From a bacterium (GTDB taxonomy: Bacteria; Patescibacteriota; Minisyncoccia; Phycocordibacterales; UBA2100): a stretch of 64,000 nucleotides of DNA. The notes beneath the pieces are model-generated. The model was not told the DNA's origin. It did not search any database and worked only from the letters and a program-made list of their open reading frames with translations. Shown piece by piece: positions 1 to 9,100 of this stretch. The stretch spans positions 1,800-65,799 of the forward strand of contig RFQR01000006.1 of assembly GCA_009924895.1 (NCBI GenBank), read 5' to 3'. Positions within the stretch are counted from its first letter, which is position 1. Each line of letters begins with the position of its first letter. The translations under genes were made by a program, and so were the position numbers.

Positions 1-470
1 CAGAGCGTGAAGTCGATATGGTCTATATGGTCTATGGAAACTTCTGCTGTCCTGAATGCGCCGTGTCATATCTTCTTACAGAGGGTCTGGACCCTCATGT
101 GCGTTGGGAGCGCATGGCCCTTCTTCATCGTATTTACGATAGTCAAGGGATAGGCCGTATATTTCCCGCCCCTGCGCGTGAAAGCCTCATACTGTTTGGT
201 GGCCCTATGACGATTGATACATTTCGCGCCACCATGCGTGAAAGAAGAGTTCGCGTGGATATACATATGCCGCCTATGGTCAGTATTCTTGGATCTATTG
301 ATACGAAACCGATTGATTTTTTCGAGACAAATCAAAGGCAGGGAGCCCCTTCCTTGCCACAGCGGTCTGTGGAAGAAGGTCTTCGATTAAAAAGAAATAA
401 ACCACTCAAAGAGCGTGAATCAACGTTAGATTCTGTTATGAGTATAAAAATCGGTGGAGCCAGGAAATAA
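1..470 (+). CDS. C-terminal fragment of a protein running in from the left window edge (no in-frame stop upstream of 18). It contains a CPEC zinc-finger-like motif, possibly transcription-factor-like.
   Basis: The reading frame is open from nt 3, so the gene is 5'-truncated by the window. FCCPECAVSY motif. Basic C-terminal tail. Confidence 0.35.
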   Translation, partial: EREVDMVYMVYGNFCCPECAVSYLLTEGLDPHVRWERMALLHRIYDSQGIGRIFPAPARESLILFGGPMTIDTFRATMRERRVRVDIHMPPMVSILGSIDTKPIDFFETNQRQGAPSLPQRSVEEGLRLKRNKPLKERESTLDSVMSIKIGGARK

Positions 471-531
471 GCTATGGAACTTGGTTGGTCTAAAATTGAG
501 GACCCAAAGCATTGTAGTTACAATCATAGAA

Positions 532-1227
532 ATGATAGAAACTACTGTGCGTCATTTATTACATGATTTGGAAAAGACGATTCATGAACGTCTAGAAGCG
601 GTGGATTCACTTCTTCAACGGCATGCGGAGAGCTCGAGGGACCCTACCACGCTACACGCGGATCAAGCACTCTTAGCGCGTATAGAAAACTTGGAAAAGG
701 AGATACAAGACCTTCGTTCTCAAAAGCGTGTTTCACCTGATATACCCGATTTAATACCACTTCATCCTCTCAACGGAATCGAGATTGTCCCTAAAAAAGA
801 GGTTGTTGTATCCGATCCAAATCCGGAGCGAATCAGCGTAGCGGATCGTTTACTTTTGAATACGACTGCACGGAGGGCCCTTGAAGAGGAGGAAGAGGTC
901 GAGGAAGAGGTCGAGGATATGTATAACGAGCGGGATATATTCGTTGAAGAATCAGAGGAGGAGGAAGAGGAATCAGAATACGAAAAAGAGGAAACTGAAG
1001 TAGAGGAAAAACAGGAAGAACAGGAAGAGACTGTTGACGAATCGAAGGAAGCGGAGGAAGATCGGGAAGAGGAGGAAGAGTTAGAAGAGTTTGAATATAA
1101 AGGTTCCACATACTACCGTGATGCAGAGAAGAATGTGTATATGTCAGACGAAACAGGGAGTTTACATCTTATTGGAATATGGAGCGATGTGAAGGCAAAA
1201 ATCATTGTAAAGAAAGCTGTCGCGTAA
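532..1227 (+). CDS. Acidic coiled-coil protein with a long poly-Glu/Asp tract.
   Basis: ORF 454..1227. The first in-frame ATG is at 532, 33 nt after an AAAATTGA motif (492-499). Residues ~140-220 are almost entirely E/D (EEEEVEEEVED...EEEEELEE). Confidence 0.5.
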   Translation: MIETTVRHLLHDLEKTIHERLEAVDSLLQRHAESSRDPTTLHADQALLARIENLEKEIQDLRSQKRVSPDIPDLIPLHPLNGIEIVPKKEVVVSDPNPERISVADRLLLNTTARRALEEEEEVEEEVEDMYNERDIFVEESEEEEEESEYEKEETEVEEKQEEQEETVDESKEAEEDREEEEELEEFEYKGSTYYRDAEKNVYMSDETGSLHLIGIWSDVKAKIIVKKAVA

Positions 1228-1299
1228 AAAAGATGCATGTAGCGTGAATTATCAAAATTAATAGCACTGTCCAAAGGGGCAGGACGAATATATTTTATA

Positions 1300-1635
1300 A
1301 TGCAAGTAAATAAATTATTAAACGGTAGTAGAATGAACTTCTTCTGCGCACCGGTATTAGCCACATCAGCCCTTTTTACAGCTATTGTTCTCCTTGATAT
1401 ACTCCGACATGACTTTGAATATGTGCCACGACATGGATTTTTAGGGTTTTTATGTGTATTTCTGATGGCCGTTCTATGCGAATATGGTGCTACATATGTT
1501 GCATGGGCCCTTCTTTTACTCCCATTTCTTCTTTTAATTATATCGACCATTATTGAAACATCTTTTCTTGCAAAACGCGTATCAGAGCCCTATACACTGG
1601 CCAGCTATACGGAAAAAAGCTGCAGCACCTGCTGA
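1300..1635 (+). CDS. Small multi-pass membrane protein, hypothetical.
   Basis: Three hydrophobic helix-length segments. Preferred over the antisense ORF 1113..1550. Confidence 0.4.
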   Translation: MQVNKLLNGSRMNFFCAPVLATSALFTAIVLLDILRHDFEYVPRHGFLGFLCVFLMAVLCEYGATYVAWALLLLPFLLLIISTIIETSFLAKRVSEPYTLASYTEKSCSTC

Positions 1636-1678
1636 TATTCAAAAAACACCTAAGGCTTTCACACACCTTCTATATAGA

Positions 1679-2233
1679 ATGTCTTCCCTTTTTTGCCTAT
1701 TATCTATTTATAGTCGGCTAACATCTTGTATGGATAGTTTACATTTGATGTGTAAGAAACTATATAGCGGTATAAGAACCGCCTTTCAACCTACTACCTA
1801 TGTCTTTTTTGAAGATATCTATTACCCATATTTGGAGAGTCTTGTGAATACGCGGGCATCCACATCTGCCAAGCCCCTGTGGAAATATGTGGTTGATACG
1901 CATACTTTTACGTCATGGACGGCTGCGCATACGCGCCTGCCACTCTCATATCTCTCCATAGAGATTGTGCAGGAAAATAAAGTCCTATATGATCTCACGG
2001 ATTTTCTCGATACAATGCGCGTCTACGGGAATTCTGGAACACCATCTCTACATCACATTGTGCATGCATGGGTTCTTTCCTCGGGTATTTGCCTGCATCC
2101 AAAGCGCAATCTGATATTGCGCGCTATGAACACGGATGCAGAAACGGAATTGGTGCCTTTGTATTATGAGAATCCCCTTGAGGCATATGAAGATGAGTTG
2201 GACGAACCAAAGGACCAGGCAAAGTTAGACTAA
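1679..2233 (+). CDS. Hypothetical protein.
   Basis: ORF 1553..2233. The first Met not overlapping the upstream gene is at 1679. No recognisable motif. Confidence 0.35.
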   Translation: MSSLFCLLSIYSRLTSCMDSLHLMCKKLYSGIRTAFQPTTYVFFEDIYYPYLESLVNTRASTSAKPLWKYVVDTHTFTSWTAAHTRLPLSYLSIEIVQENKVLYDLTDFLDTMRVYGNSGTPSLHHIVHAWVLSSGICLHPKRNLILRAMNTDAETELVPLYYENPLEAYEDELDEPKDQAKLD

Positions 2234-2280
2234 AGGGCTTAAAATTGAGAAACTATTCCATATATAACCCCGCACATACG

Positions 2281-2811
2281 ATGTCGGCGGATTTTGATTC
2301 TCCCCTGCCTTCTGGCACGTGGACATTGTATTTCCATGCGCCAAGGGAAAAGCGTTGGACGTTAGATACATTCCAACCTATTGTTAAGGTAACTTGTATT
2401 CGAGATATCTTGACAGTGTTTAATGAACTGGGTGATAAACTGAAGCGAGGGATGTTCTTCTTTATGCGCGATCCGATTCCTCCTCTTTGGGAGAACTATC
2501 AAAATATCCGGGGAGGAAGTTATTCTTTACGCGGAGGTCCAGAAGAAGGTGTAGAATATTATAAATCATATACGTTGGGTGCAATGCTTAATTTAGTAAC
2601 AATAGTTGAAAAAGATCAAATCGTTGGAGTAAGTATAAGTCCTAAAATCATAAATGGGCCGAATGGTACGCAGCGCGTGGGATTCTATGTTATAAAAGTC
2701 TGGAACAAGGATTCCGAAACATATAATGTTCCTAGCGGAATCCATCTTCTTCACCCAAAGTTAGTTGCATCCGATGTGTTATATACACCCCATGTGGACA
2801 AGAAAATGTGA
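2281..2811 (+). CDS. eIF4E-like mRNA cap-binding protein.
   Basis: WTLYFH...LWENYQNIRGGSY...VGFYVIKVWNK follows the eIF4E pattern of conserved Trp residues and the cap-binding core (eIF4E: WALWFF...MWEDEKNKRGGRW...IAIWT). ATG at 2281 lies 33 nt after AAAATTGA (2241-2248). Confidence 0.6.
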   Translation: MSADFDSPLPSGTWTLYFHAPREKRWTLDTFQPIVKVTCIRDILTVFNELGDKLKRGMFFFMRDPIPPLWENYQNIRGGSYSLRGGPEEGVEYYKSYTLGAMLNLVTIVEKDQIVGVSISPKIINGPNGTQRVGFYVIKVWNKDSETYNVPSGIHLLHPKLVASDVLYTPHVDKKM

Positions 2812-2827
2812 GCTTTGCATCTATCAG

Positions 2828-2859
2828 TATTATCTCTTTGACTTTGACCAGAGATAATA
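2828..2859. terminator. Perfect 10-bp stem hairpin (tattatctct / agagataata, 12-nt loop) between the convergent eIF4E and fucosyltransferase genes.
   Basis: Inverted repeat read directly. A second 8-bp inverted repeat (gaatatac...gtatattc) sits at ~2909-2955. Confidence 0.4.
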
Positions 2860-3000
2860 TATAAATACAACCACTACAATGAGTATAATAAAATGTATAA
2901 CTCCCTTTAGAATATACAATACTAGAAGGATAATAAGAATCCATAAAAGTATATTCTGAAGGGTGGGACTCATTCTATTTTTATATACCTAAATAAAATA

Positions 3001-3831
3001 TCAAACATTAACCACCGTGCTATCAGCAGTAAGAACGAGGAACCGCCCCACGTTGCTTGACAATGTGCAAACAATATATGGTATTTGCTGCATCACATAC
3101 AGCTCTGTCACGAAGTCTATATAAGCATTCATACGCTGCCGTGTGGGCAGAGCATTAAAATCTCGTTGTGTATGTCCCATTCTATCTGTAGGATATCTCA
3201 GTGTGAATATATTCCAGCTCGGCTCTTTCTTTCTCTTAAACTCTTCCAAACTTTGGGAAGAGTCTGTCATGAGAAAGACATCCAGCGTATTTTTCTTTGC
3301 TTTCTTTTGAAAATCCCTTAGCGCCTCTATATATGTATCGACCGGAACTAACTTTCTTTCTAGCGCCATATCTCCTGCCCGAATATGCACACCTACATCG
3401 AATGTGGAAGGGAGGGCGGATGTATCCAGGATGCCCTCCATTTCACTACGAATACCCGGTGTCCAATTTAAGATCTCTTTCACAGAATCATCGATGCTTG
3501 CATCATTCACAAATGCCCGCAGCTGGGCAGTACGTTTTTTCAGATTTGTCGCAGTAGGAATCTGAACATCGGTGAATTGTACATCTGCCATTTTGACAAA
3601 TGTATTTTGAATCAACGGATAGCGAATAGAGACCGCATTAATACTATCATTCACATATAAGGGGGCTTTTTGACTTCGTGCATACAGAAGCGCATAGACG
3701 TAGCTGTTGAACTGACTACAGAAGCCTGCGTCCGTTGTTTCCAAAAGGAAGGAGTTTTTTTCAACCGGCTTTCCTACAGGTTTTACACCATTATATTTGA
3801 TCCAGGATGTCATACTAAAAAGAATATACAA
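3001..3831 (-). CDS. GT23-like (alpha-1,6-fucosyltransferase / NodZ-type) glycosyltransferase.
   Basis: GVHIRAGDMALE...VPVDTYIEAL matches fucosyltransferase motif I (FUT8 GVHVRRTDKVG...HPIEEYM). Confidence 0.5.
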   Translation of the reverse strand: MYILFSMTSWIKYNGVKPVGKPVEKNSFLLETTDAGFCSQFNSYVYALLYARSQKAPLYVNDSINAVSIRYPLIQNTFVKMADVQFTDVQIPTATNLKKRTAQLRAFVNDASIDDSVKEILNWTPGIRSEMEGILDTSALPSTFDVGVHIRAGDMALERKLVPVDTYIEALRDFQKKAKKNTLDVFLMTDSSQSLEEFKRKKEPSWNIFTLRYPTDRMGHTQRDFNALPTRQRMNAYIDFVTELYVMQQIPYIVCTLSSNVGRFLVLTADSTVVNV

Positions 3832-3863
3832 GTATTCAAGGCCGGAAACTCCGCATTTATTTC

Positions 3864-4352
3864 TTGTGTATATATAAAATGATTTTTGATTTTAAACTTA
3901 CATTTCCAAAATGGTTAGCACGAGTATTCGGCGCGCCGAAAACTCGTAAAAATAGGGGGGCGAATCAACGATCGGGGACGAATACACGGCCATTGATGAA
4001 TATCGTTCGTAACATGTATGGGCTTAAGACGAATAAGAATGGGCTTAAGACAAATAGGAATGCGACGAAGAGGAATGGGACGAATAGGAATGGGACGAAT
4101 GAGAATGGGACGAATGGGGGGACGAATAATGATCCAGGTATTTTGGTTAATAATGATTCAGCTAAAAGGGGAAACAATCTATATAATAAAATATATGCAC
4201 CTAAAAAGACAAGTGGACAGCGGTTTTTGAATGCCTACGAAAAGAGACAAAGAAATGCGGAACAAAGAAATGCGGAACAAAGAAATGCGGAACAAAGAGA
4301 AAGAAATGCGCGGCGTAGGGCAGACCCCAATAATATGGATCCAAAACATTAA
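3864..4352 (+). CDS. Low-complexity basic repeat protein (NGTN and RNAEQ repeats). The coding status is uncertain.
   Basis: The ORF lies between two minus-strand genes and is built from 15-21-bp tandem DNA repeats (4018-4130; 4247-4295). Confidence 0.25.
   Translation: MCIYKMIFDFKLTFPKWLARVFGAPKTRKNRGANQRSGTNTRPLMNIVRNMYGLKTNKNGLKTNRNATKRNGTNRNGTNENGTNGGTNNDPGILVNNDSAKRGNNLYNKIYAPKKTSGQRFLNAYEKRQRNAEQRNAEQRNAEQRERNARRRADPNNMDPKH
4018..4295. repeat. Two short tandem-repeat blocks (gaatNNgaatgggac-type 15-21-bp units; aacaaagaaatgcgg x3).
   Basis: Direct reading of the sequence. Confidence 0.7.
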
Positions 4353-5179
4353 ACAACCGCGGCCTGCTTATTCTTCATAGGAGCCAAAACAAGCTTCACT
4401 TCTCCCAAGTTTGCAACCGTATACCGCAGAATCAAAGGAATATCATTCTTCAAATACAACTCAATAGAGGGACAGAGGCTCGTGCACTTTGTAAAAAGAA
4501 CCAGATGCTTCAGTTGAAAAATACCCTGGACAATTTCCGAGACACTATTCCCGAATTTATGGACTTTCATATTGGAGTTATCCTTCTCCGATATGATGGT
4601 CTCCTGTTCTGCAAAATCGCCCATACATTTGAAAATAAGGTCGGATCCTGAAGATGTAATTTCCACATCGAGCTTCTCACCGAGCGCATTCATATCTCTA
4701 CAAATCTTCTGCAGGTCCACACTCGGCATATGGATAATACTTGTGAAGTTCAGATTAGGAATCTGAATATCCTCCACATCCGTGTCAAACAGCTTCAAAA
4801 AATAGTTTGTCACCGTCGACTTCTCCGAGTTCTCCATACGAATACCCAGCTTGTTCGGATTGGACGCAGGCAAATAGAGTGTCAGATTATCATTATTCCC
4901 CATCGTCTTAATAAGCTTGAAAAGATAAATCATATTCACACCAAGCACATGTTTGGCAGGGCAGAAATACGTCTCGAACCGGTCTGCATGGAGACGGAGA
5001 TATACAAGAACTGTATGAGTCTCATCTACAGCCATGACCTTAATACCCTGGGAATCAAACTCCAGATTCGCCTCTGTCAAAATCTCCTTCAAAGCCTCTA
5101 TCAATGTGCGAACAGCGCCAGCCTGCACAGTGCGAATCTCAAACAAGTTGCCATTGGCATTCACATTGGGGCGGGACAT
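4349..5179 (-). CDS. PCNA: Proliferating cell nuclear antigen (DNA polymerase sliding clamp).
   Basis: 276 aa. N-terminal FEIRTVQAGAVRTLIEALKEIL resembles PCNA [22 protein letters not shown]. The two-domain length and LAPK C-terminal motif (LAPMKN) fit. Confidence 0.8.
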   Translation of the reverse strand: MSRPNVNANGNLFEIRTVQAGAVRTLIEALKEILTEANLEFDSQGIKVMAVDETHTVLVYLRLHADRFETYFCPAKHVLGVNMIYLFKLIKTMGNNDNLTLYLPASNPNKLGIRMENSEKSTVTNYFLKLFDTDVEDIQIPNLNFTSIIHMPSVDLQKICRDMNALGEKLDVEITSSGSDLIFKCMGDFAEQETIISEKDNSNMKVHKFGNSVSEIVQGIFQLKHLVLFTKCTSLCPSIELYLKNDIPLILRYTVANLGEVKLVLAPMKNKQAAVV

Positions 5180-5247
5180 TCTATAGTTCCATTCTGAAAA
5201 GCTCTTTATGCCTATACCGCGTATAATTGCCGGTGTGTTGCGTATTC

Positions 5248-5433
5248 CTACGAACGTTTGCTGCGTTTGCTGCGGCGTCGACCCTGCTTCCGGCGGGCCA
5301 TTCGGCTCTTATTGTTTCGAACAAGTCGGACACCCTGCGCAATCGCCGCCGTTACAAAATATGGACCCGTCTGTGATACACCGACCATTACACTTGGATA
5401 AAACCCCCCTTTTAGATTCTTACGGGTCGCCAT
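5248..5433 (-). CDS. Small arginine/lysine-rich protein, possibly DNA-binding or condensing.
   Basis: 61 aa with a C-terminal RRKQGRRRSKRSKRS tail. It sits in tandem just upstream of PCNA. It competes with the featureless + strand ORF 5208..5477. Confidence 0.25.
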   Translation of the reverse strand: MATRKNLKGGFYPSVMVGVSQTGPYFVTAAIAQGVRLVRNNKSRMARRKQGRRRSKRSKRS

Positions 5434-5473
5434 ACCGTTTGCTTAAAAGGGTGTTAGATTTCTATTATACAGA

Positions 5474-6112
5474 ATGATTGATACGCTTGTGATTAGTTCC
5501 ACGGATGCATGCACCGATTTGTGTGTATTAGGACGTAAATTTAATACAGATAAGAGCCCCTATAATGTGGTTGCACACCGGCACCCCTATACTGCCGTAT
5601 ATTCCATGCTATTTGCTTCCTTGAAAAATAGGCCTATTCGCTTTGCAGAGATTGGTGTAGCTAGAGGCGGAAGTGCGCAACTCTGGGACGCATACTTTAG
5701 CCACCCTGAAACTCAGATTGAGATGTTCGACCGTGATGCCAATTTTCTGCAACATACCAATGAAATAACAAGCAAGAAAGTGCAATGCAACTTGATGGAT
5801 GTCCAAAAGGATGGGGATATTGCAAGGGCGTTACAAGAGCGTGGGAATGAGTATGATATCATTCTTGATGACAGCACACATGGTGTGGAAGATCAAGTTC
5901 GAATCGTAAAAGAGGCATTTCCCCTGTTAAAGCCTGGGGGTGTCCTTATTGTGGAAGACATCTTCCGATCGACGAATATAGAAGAATATGAAACGCGCTT
6001 AAAAGATATACTTCCACTGTGTTCTGCATCCTATTTTGTTCTTTGTGAACATATGGCCCGATGGTCCCCCGGATGGGACAATGATAAGTTACTCGTACTC
6101 GTGAAAGAATGA
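5474..6112 (+). CDS. Class I SAM-dependent methyltransferase (TylF/CmcI-like O-methyltransferase fold).
   Basis: FAEIGVARGGSAQLW (motif I) ... IILDDSTH ... LLKPGGVLIVEDI (motif IV-like). Confidence 0.5.
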   Translation: MIDTLVISSTDACTDLCVLGRKFNTDKSPYNVVAHRHPYTAVYSMLFASLKNRPIRFAEIGVARGGSAQLWDAYFSHPETQIEMFDRDANFLQHTNEITSKKVQCNLMDVQKDGDIARALQERGNEYDIILDDSTHGVEDQVRIVKEAFPLLKPGGVLIVEDIFRSTNIEEYETRLKDILPLCSASYFVLCEHMARWSPGWDNDKLLVLVKE

Positions 6113-6172
6113 GTGCCCGACTAGCGTTACATAAAATTGGAACCAGGGTAAGCCCCCACCCTTGGCATAGGA

Positions 6173-9100
6173 ATGGACGCCGCTGCATATAAGAAACACA
6201 CCCATCGGGAACACATCTTGGAACTCCCAGATACGTATGTCGGTTCTACCGATACGCACTTGGAGCGTAGATGGGTGTTTGATGGAAAGATGACATACCG
6301 CGAAATAGCCTTCAACCCAGGTTTCTACAAGCTCTTTGATGAAATCATCGTGAATGCCCGCGACGCACTTGTTCGCAGCGCAGAACCCGGTAGAACTCCT
6401 ATCAAACATATCGACGTTACTCTTACCGGCGATTCACCTGTAATTTCCGTAGAGAATGATGGCGACGGTATTCCAGTGGAGATGCATCCTACGGAAAAAG
6501 TCTGGGCACCCGAGCTCATCTTTGGGCATCTTCTCACAAGCGGAAACTACAAAAAGGAGGAAGAGAAGATTGTCGGTGGTAAAAACGGTTATGGAGCGAA
6601 ACTCACGAATATCTTTAGCAAGCGCTTCACTGTAGAGACGCGCTCGCCAAAGCATGGTCAAAAGTATTCGCAGACGTGGACAACCAATATGTCCGTCGCT
6701 GGAAAGCCGTCTGTCAAAACCGATGGGGCGGCGAAAGGCTTCGTTCGCATTACATATGAACCCGATCTGTCCCGTTTCCCTGGCCTGAACTTGGCCGACA
6801 TGGTATCCGTTCTTCATACGCGTGTTGTGGAACTTGCAGCCATGGCTGGAAAAGAGGTGAAAGTGACCTATAACGGAGTGGCTATCACATCCAATACTTT
6901 TGAAAAGTTCGTCAAGCTCTTTGTGAAAGATGACACTGTCGTGGCATATGAACGATGCGGCGAGCGCTGGGAAGTGGCGGCAGTGATGGCGCGACAACTC
7001 TTTGAAGAGGATTCTGTGCCCGATGAAAAACATGTGTCTTTCGTAAATGGTATTCATACAAAAAAGGGGGGGAAGCATGTTGAGAAAGTCGTTGGCACTG
7101 TTATTGGAGACTTCTGTGAACATGCTGCCAAAAAAAAAGTGGTAGTAAAACCGGGTCAACTCAAGGACACTGTCATCTTCTTCGTGAATGCTACGATTGT
7201 AAATCCCGCCTTTGATTCCCAGACGAAAGAAACACTTACAACTCCCGCGACCAAGTTCGGTTCCACATTCAAGTCCGAGAAAATGGTCGCACAACTTGTA
7301 AGACTTGGACTCTTAGATGAGGCCATGTCGATTCTGGACGCAAAGGCCAATAAGGATGTGAAGAAAACGGATGGGTCCAAGAAGCGCGTGCTGCGCGGAA
7401 TGCCGAAACTCGTGGACGCGCTCTGGGCCGGCACTGCAAAATCCACTGAGTGCACGCTGATTCTCACTGAAGGGGATTCAGCTGCTACGTCCGCCATCAC
7501 AGGTCTGTCGGTCGTGGGGCGTGAGAAATGGGGTGTCTTTCCTCTCAAAGGTAAGATGCTAAACGTGCGCGACGTGAGCGCCGACAAGTTCGCCAAGAAT
7601 GAGGAGTTGACCGCCATCAAGAAGATTCTGGGCCTCGAGCAGTCCAAGGTCTATAAGGACTTGAAATCACTCCGATATGGTCGCGTGATGGTGATGGCGG
7701 ACCAGGATTTGGACGGGTCTCATATCAAGGGGCTTCTCATGAATCTGTTTCATGCTGAGTGGCCCGCTCTCATGCAGTCCGGATTCATCTGCTCTTTGGC
7801 GACTCCTTTGTTGAAGGCCACACGCCGCTCCGAGACCAAGAGTTTCTATTCTGCGGCCGAGTTTGAGGCCTGGAAAGCGGGTGGGTCCACGACGGGTTGG
7901 ACTCTGAAATACTACAAAGGGTTGGGCACGAGCACGGACGATGAAGCCAAGGAGTGGTTTGAGAAGCTCCATGAAATCAAATACACATGGGATGCCGAGA
8001 CGGATGAGTCCATGTCGATGGCCTTCTCCAAGAAGAGGGCGGATGATAGAAAGAAGTGGTTGGCAAACTATGATCCCCAGAGAATGCTTGTTGTGGGATC
8101 GGCAGGACGTGTGGAGTATTCCCGCTTCATTCACGACGAACTCATTCACTTCAGCAATGCCGACAATATACGATCTCTCGCTTCTATTATGGATGGTCTG
8201 AAACCATCCCAGCGGAAAATCGTGTTTGGTTGTTTGAAACGCGGGTTGAAGGCTGAGGTGCGTGTGGCACAGCTCGCAGGCTATGTTTCAGAGCATGCCG
8301 CCTATCACCACGGGGAAGCCTCTTTGACTGCAGCCATTACTTCCATGGCCCAACAGTTCGTGGGGGCGAATAATATCAACTTGCTCGCACCTGTGGGGCA
8401 GTTCGGTTCCAGGCTTCAGGGTGGCAAAGATGCGGCCTCTGCGAGGTATATTCACACCCACCTCGAAGGGATTGTTGACACTATTCTTCGGAAAGAGGAC
8501 ACTACGATTCTGAAGCAGATTAATGACGACGGCCTACTCGTGGAGCCTGAGACCTATTTCCCCGTCGTGCCCCTATTGGTCATCAATGGCTGTATTGGGA
8601 TTGGGACTGGATTTAGCACGGATATCCCCCCTCATAATCCGGAAGAAGTGGTGGGTTTGCTGCGGGATCGCCTCGAGGGTCGTCGGCAGACGCTCGAGAA
8701 TCTTGCCATGCGTCCTTGGTGGCTCGGATTCAAAGGGGCCGTGCAACTGGTTTCCGATGGTGTATGGCAAACAAGGGGGCTCTATACACTTGATGATGAA
8801 AAACGGATTGTTACAATTACAGAACTTCCTGTAGGAACTTGGACAGCCGATTATAAGGCATTCTTAGATGAGATGTGTGTGACAGGTTCTATCACAGGGA
8901 CGAAAATGGGTTCTGAGAATGGGAAGGCGGATGCCTCCAAAACAGAGGATGGAAAACCTATTCTCAAGAACTTTGACGATTTATATACACATATAGATGT
9001 AAAGTTCGTGCTCGAGCTGGACCCTGATTACTATGATGATATACGCGCAAATCCCGCGGAGTTTGAAAAGCGATTTAAGTTGACAAGCACGTGGCGCACA

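Noticed and set aside
762-1111. Two minus-strand ORFs (115 and 92 aa; poly-Ser and Pro/Leu-rich) antisense to the poly-Glu gene.
   Set aside because: They are mirror translations of the GAG/GAA-rich repeat on the coding strand and have no start context. They are low-complexity artefacts.
1113-1550. 145-aa minus-strand ORF overlapping the membrane-protein gene 1300..1635.
   Set aside because: It is K/R-rich with no features, and it overlaps a + strand ORF with clear TM helices. The + ORF is preferred.
4018-4295. Possibility that the short tandem repeats are CRISPR arrays.
   Set aside because: The units are contiguous with no unique spacers and are of irregular length. The context is a eukaryotic giant virus, so these are simple tandem repeats.
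6434-8149. Several 160-286-aa minus-strand ORFs inside the topoisomerase II gene.
   Set aside because: They are antisense to an unambiguous 1153-aa conserved gene and have no motifs. They are frame-shadow ORFs.
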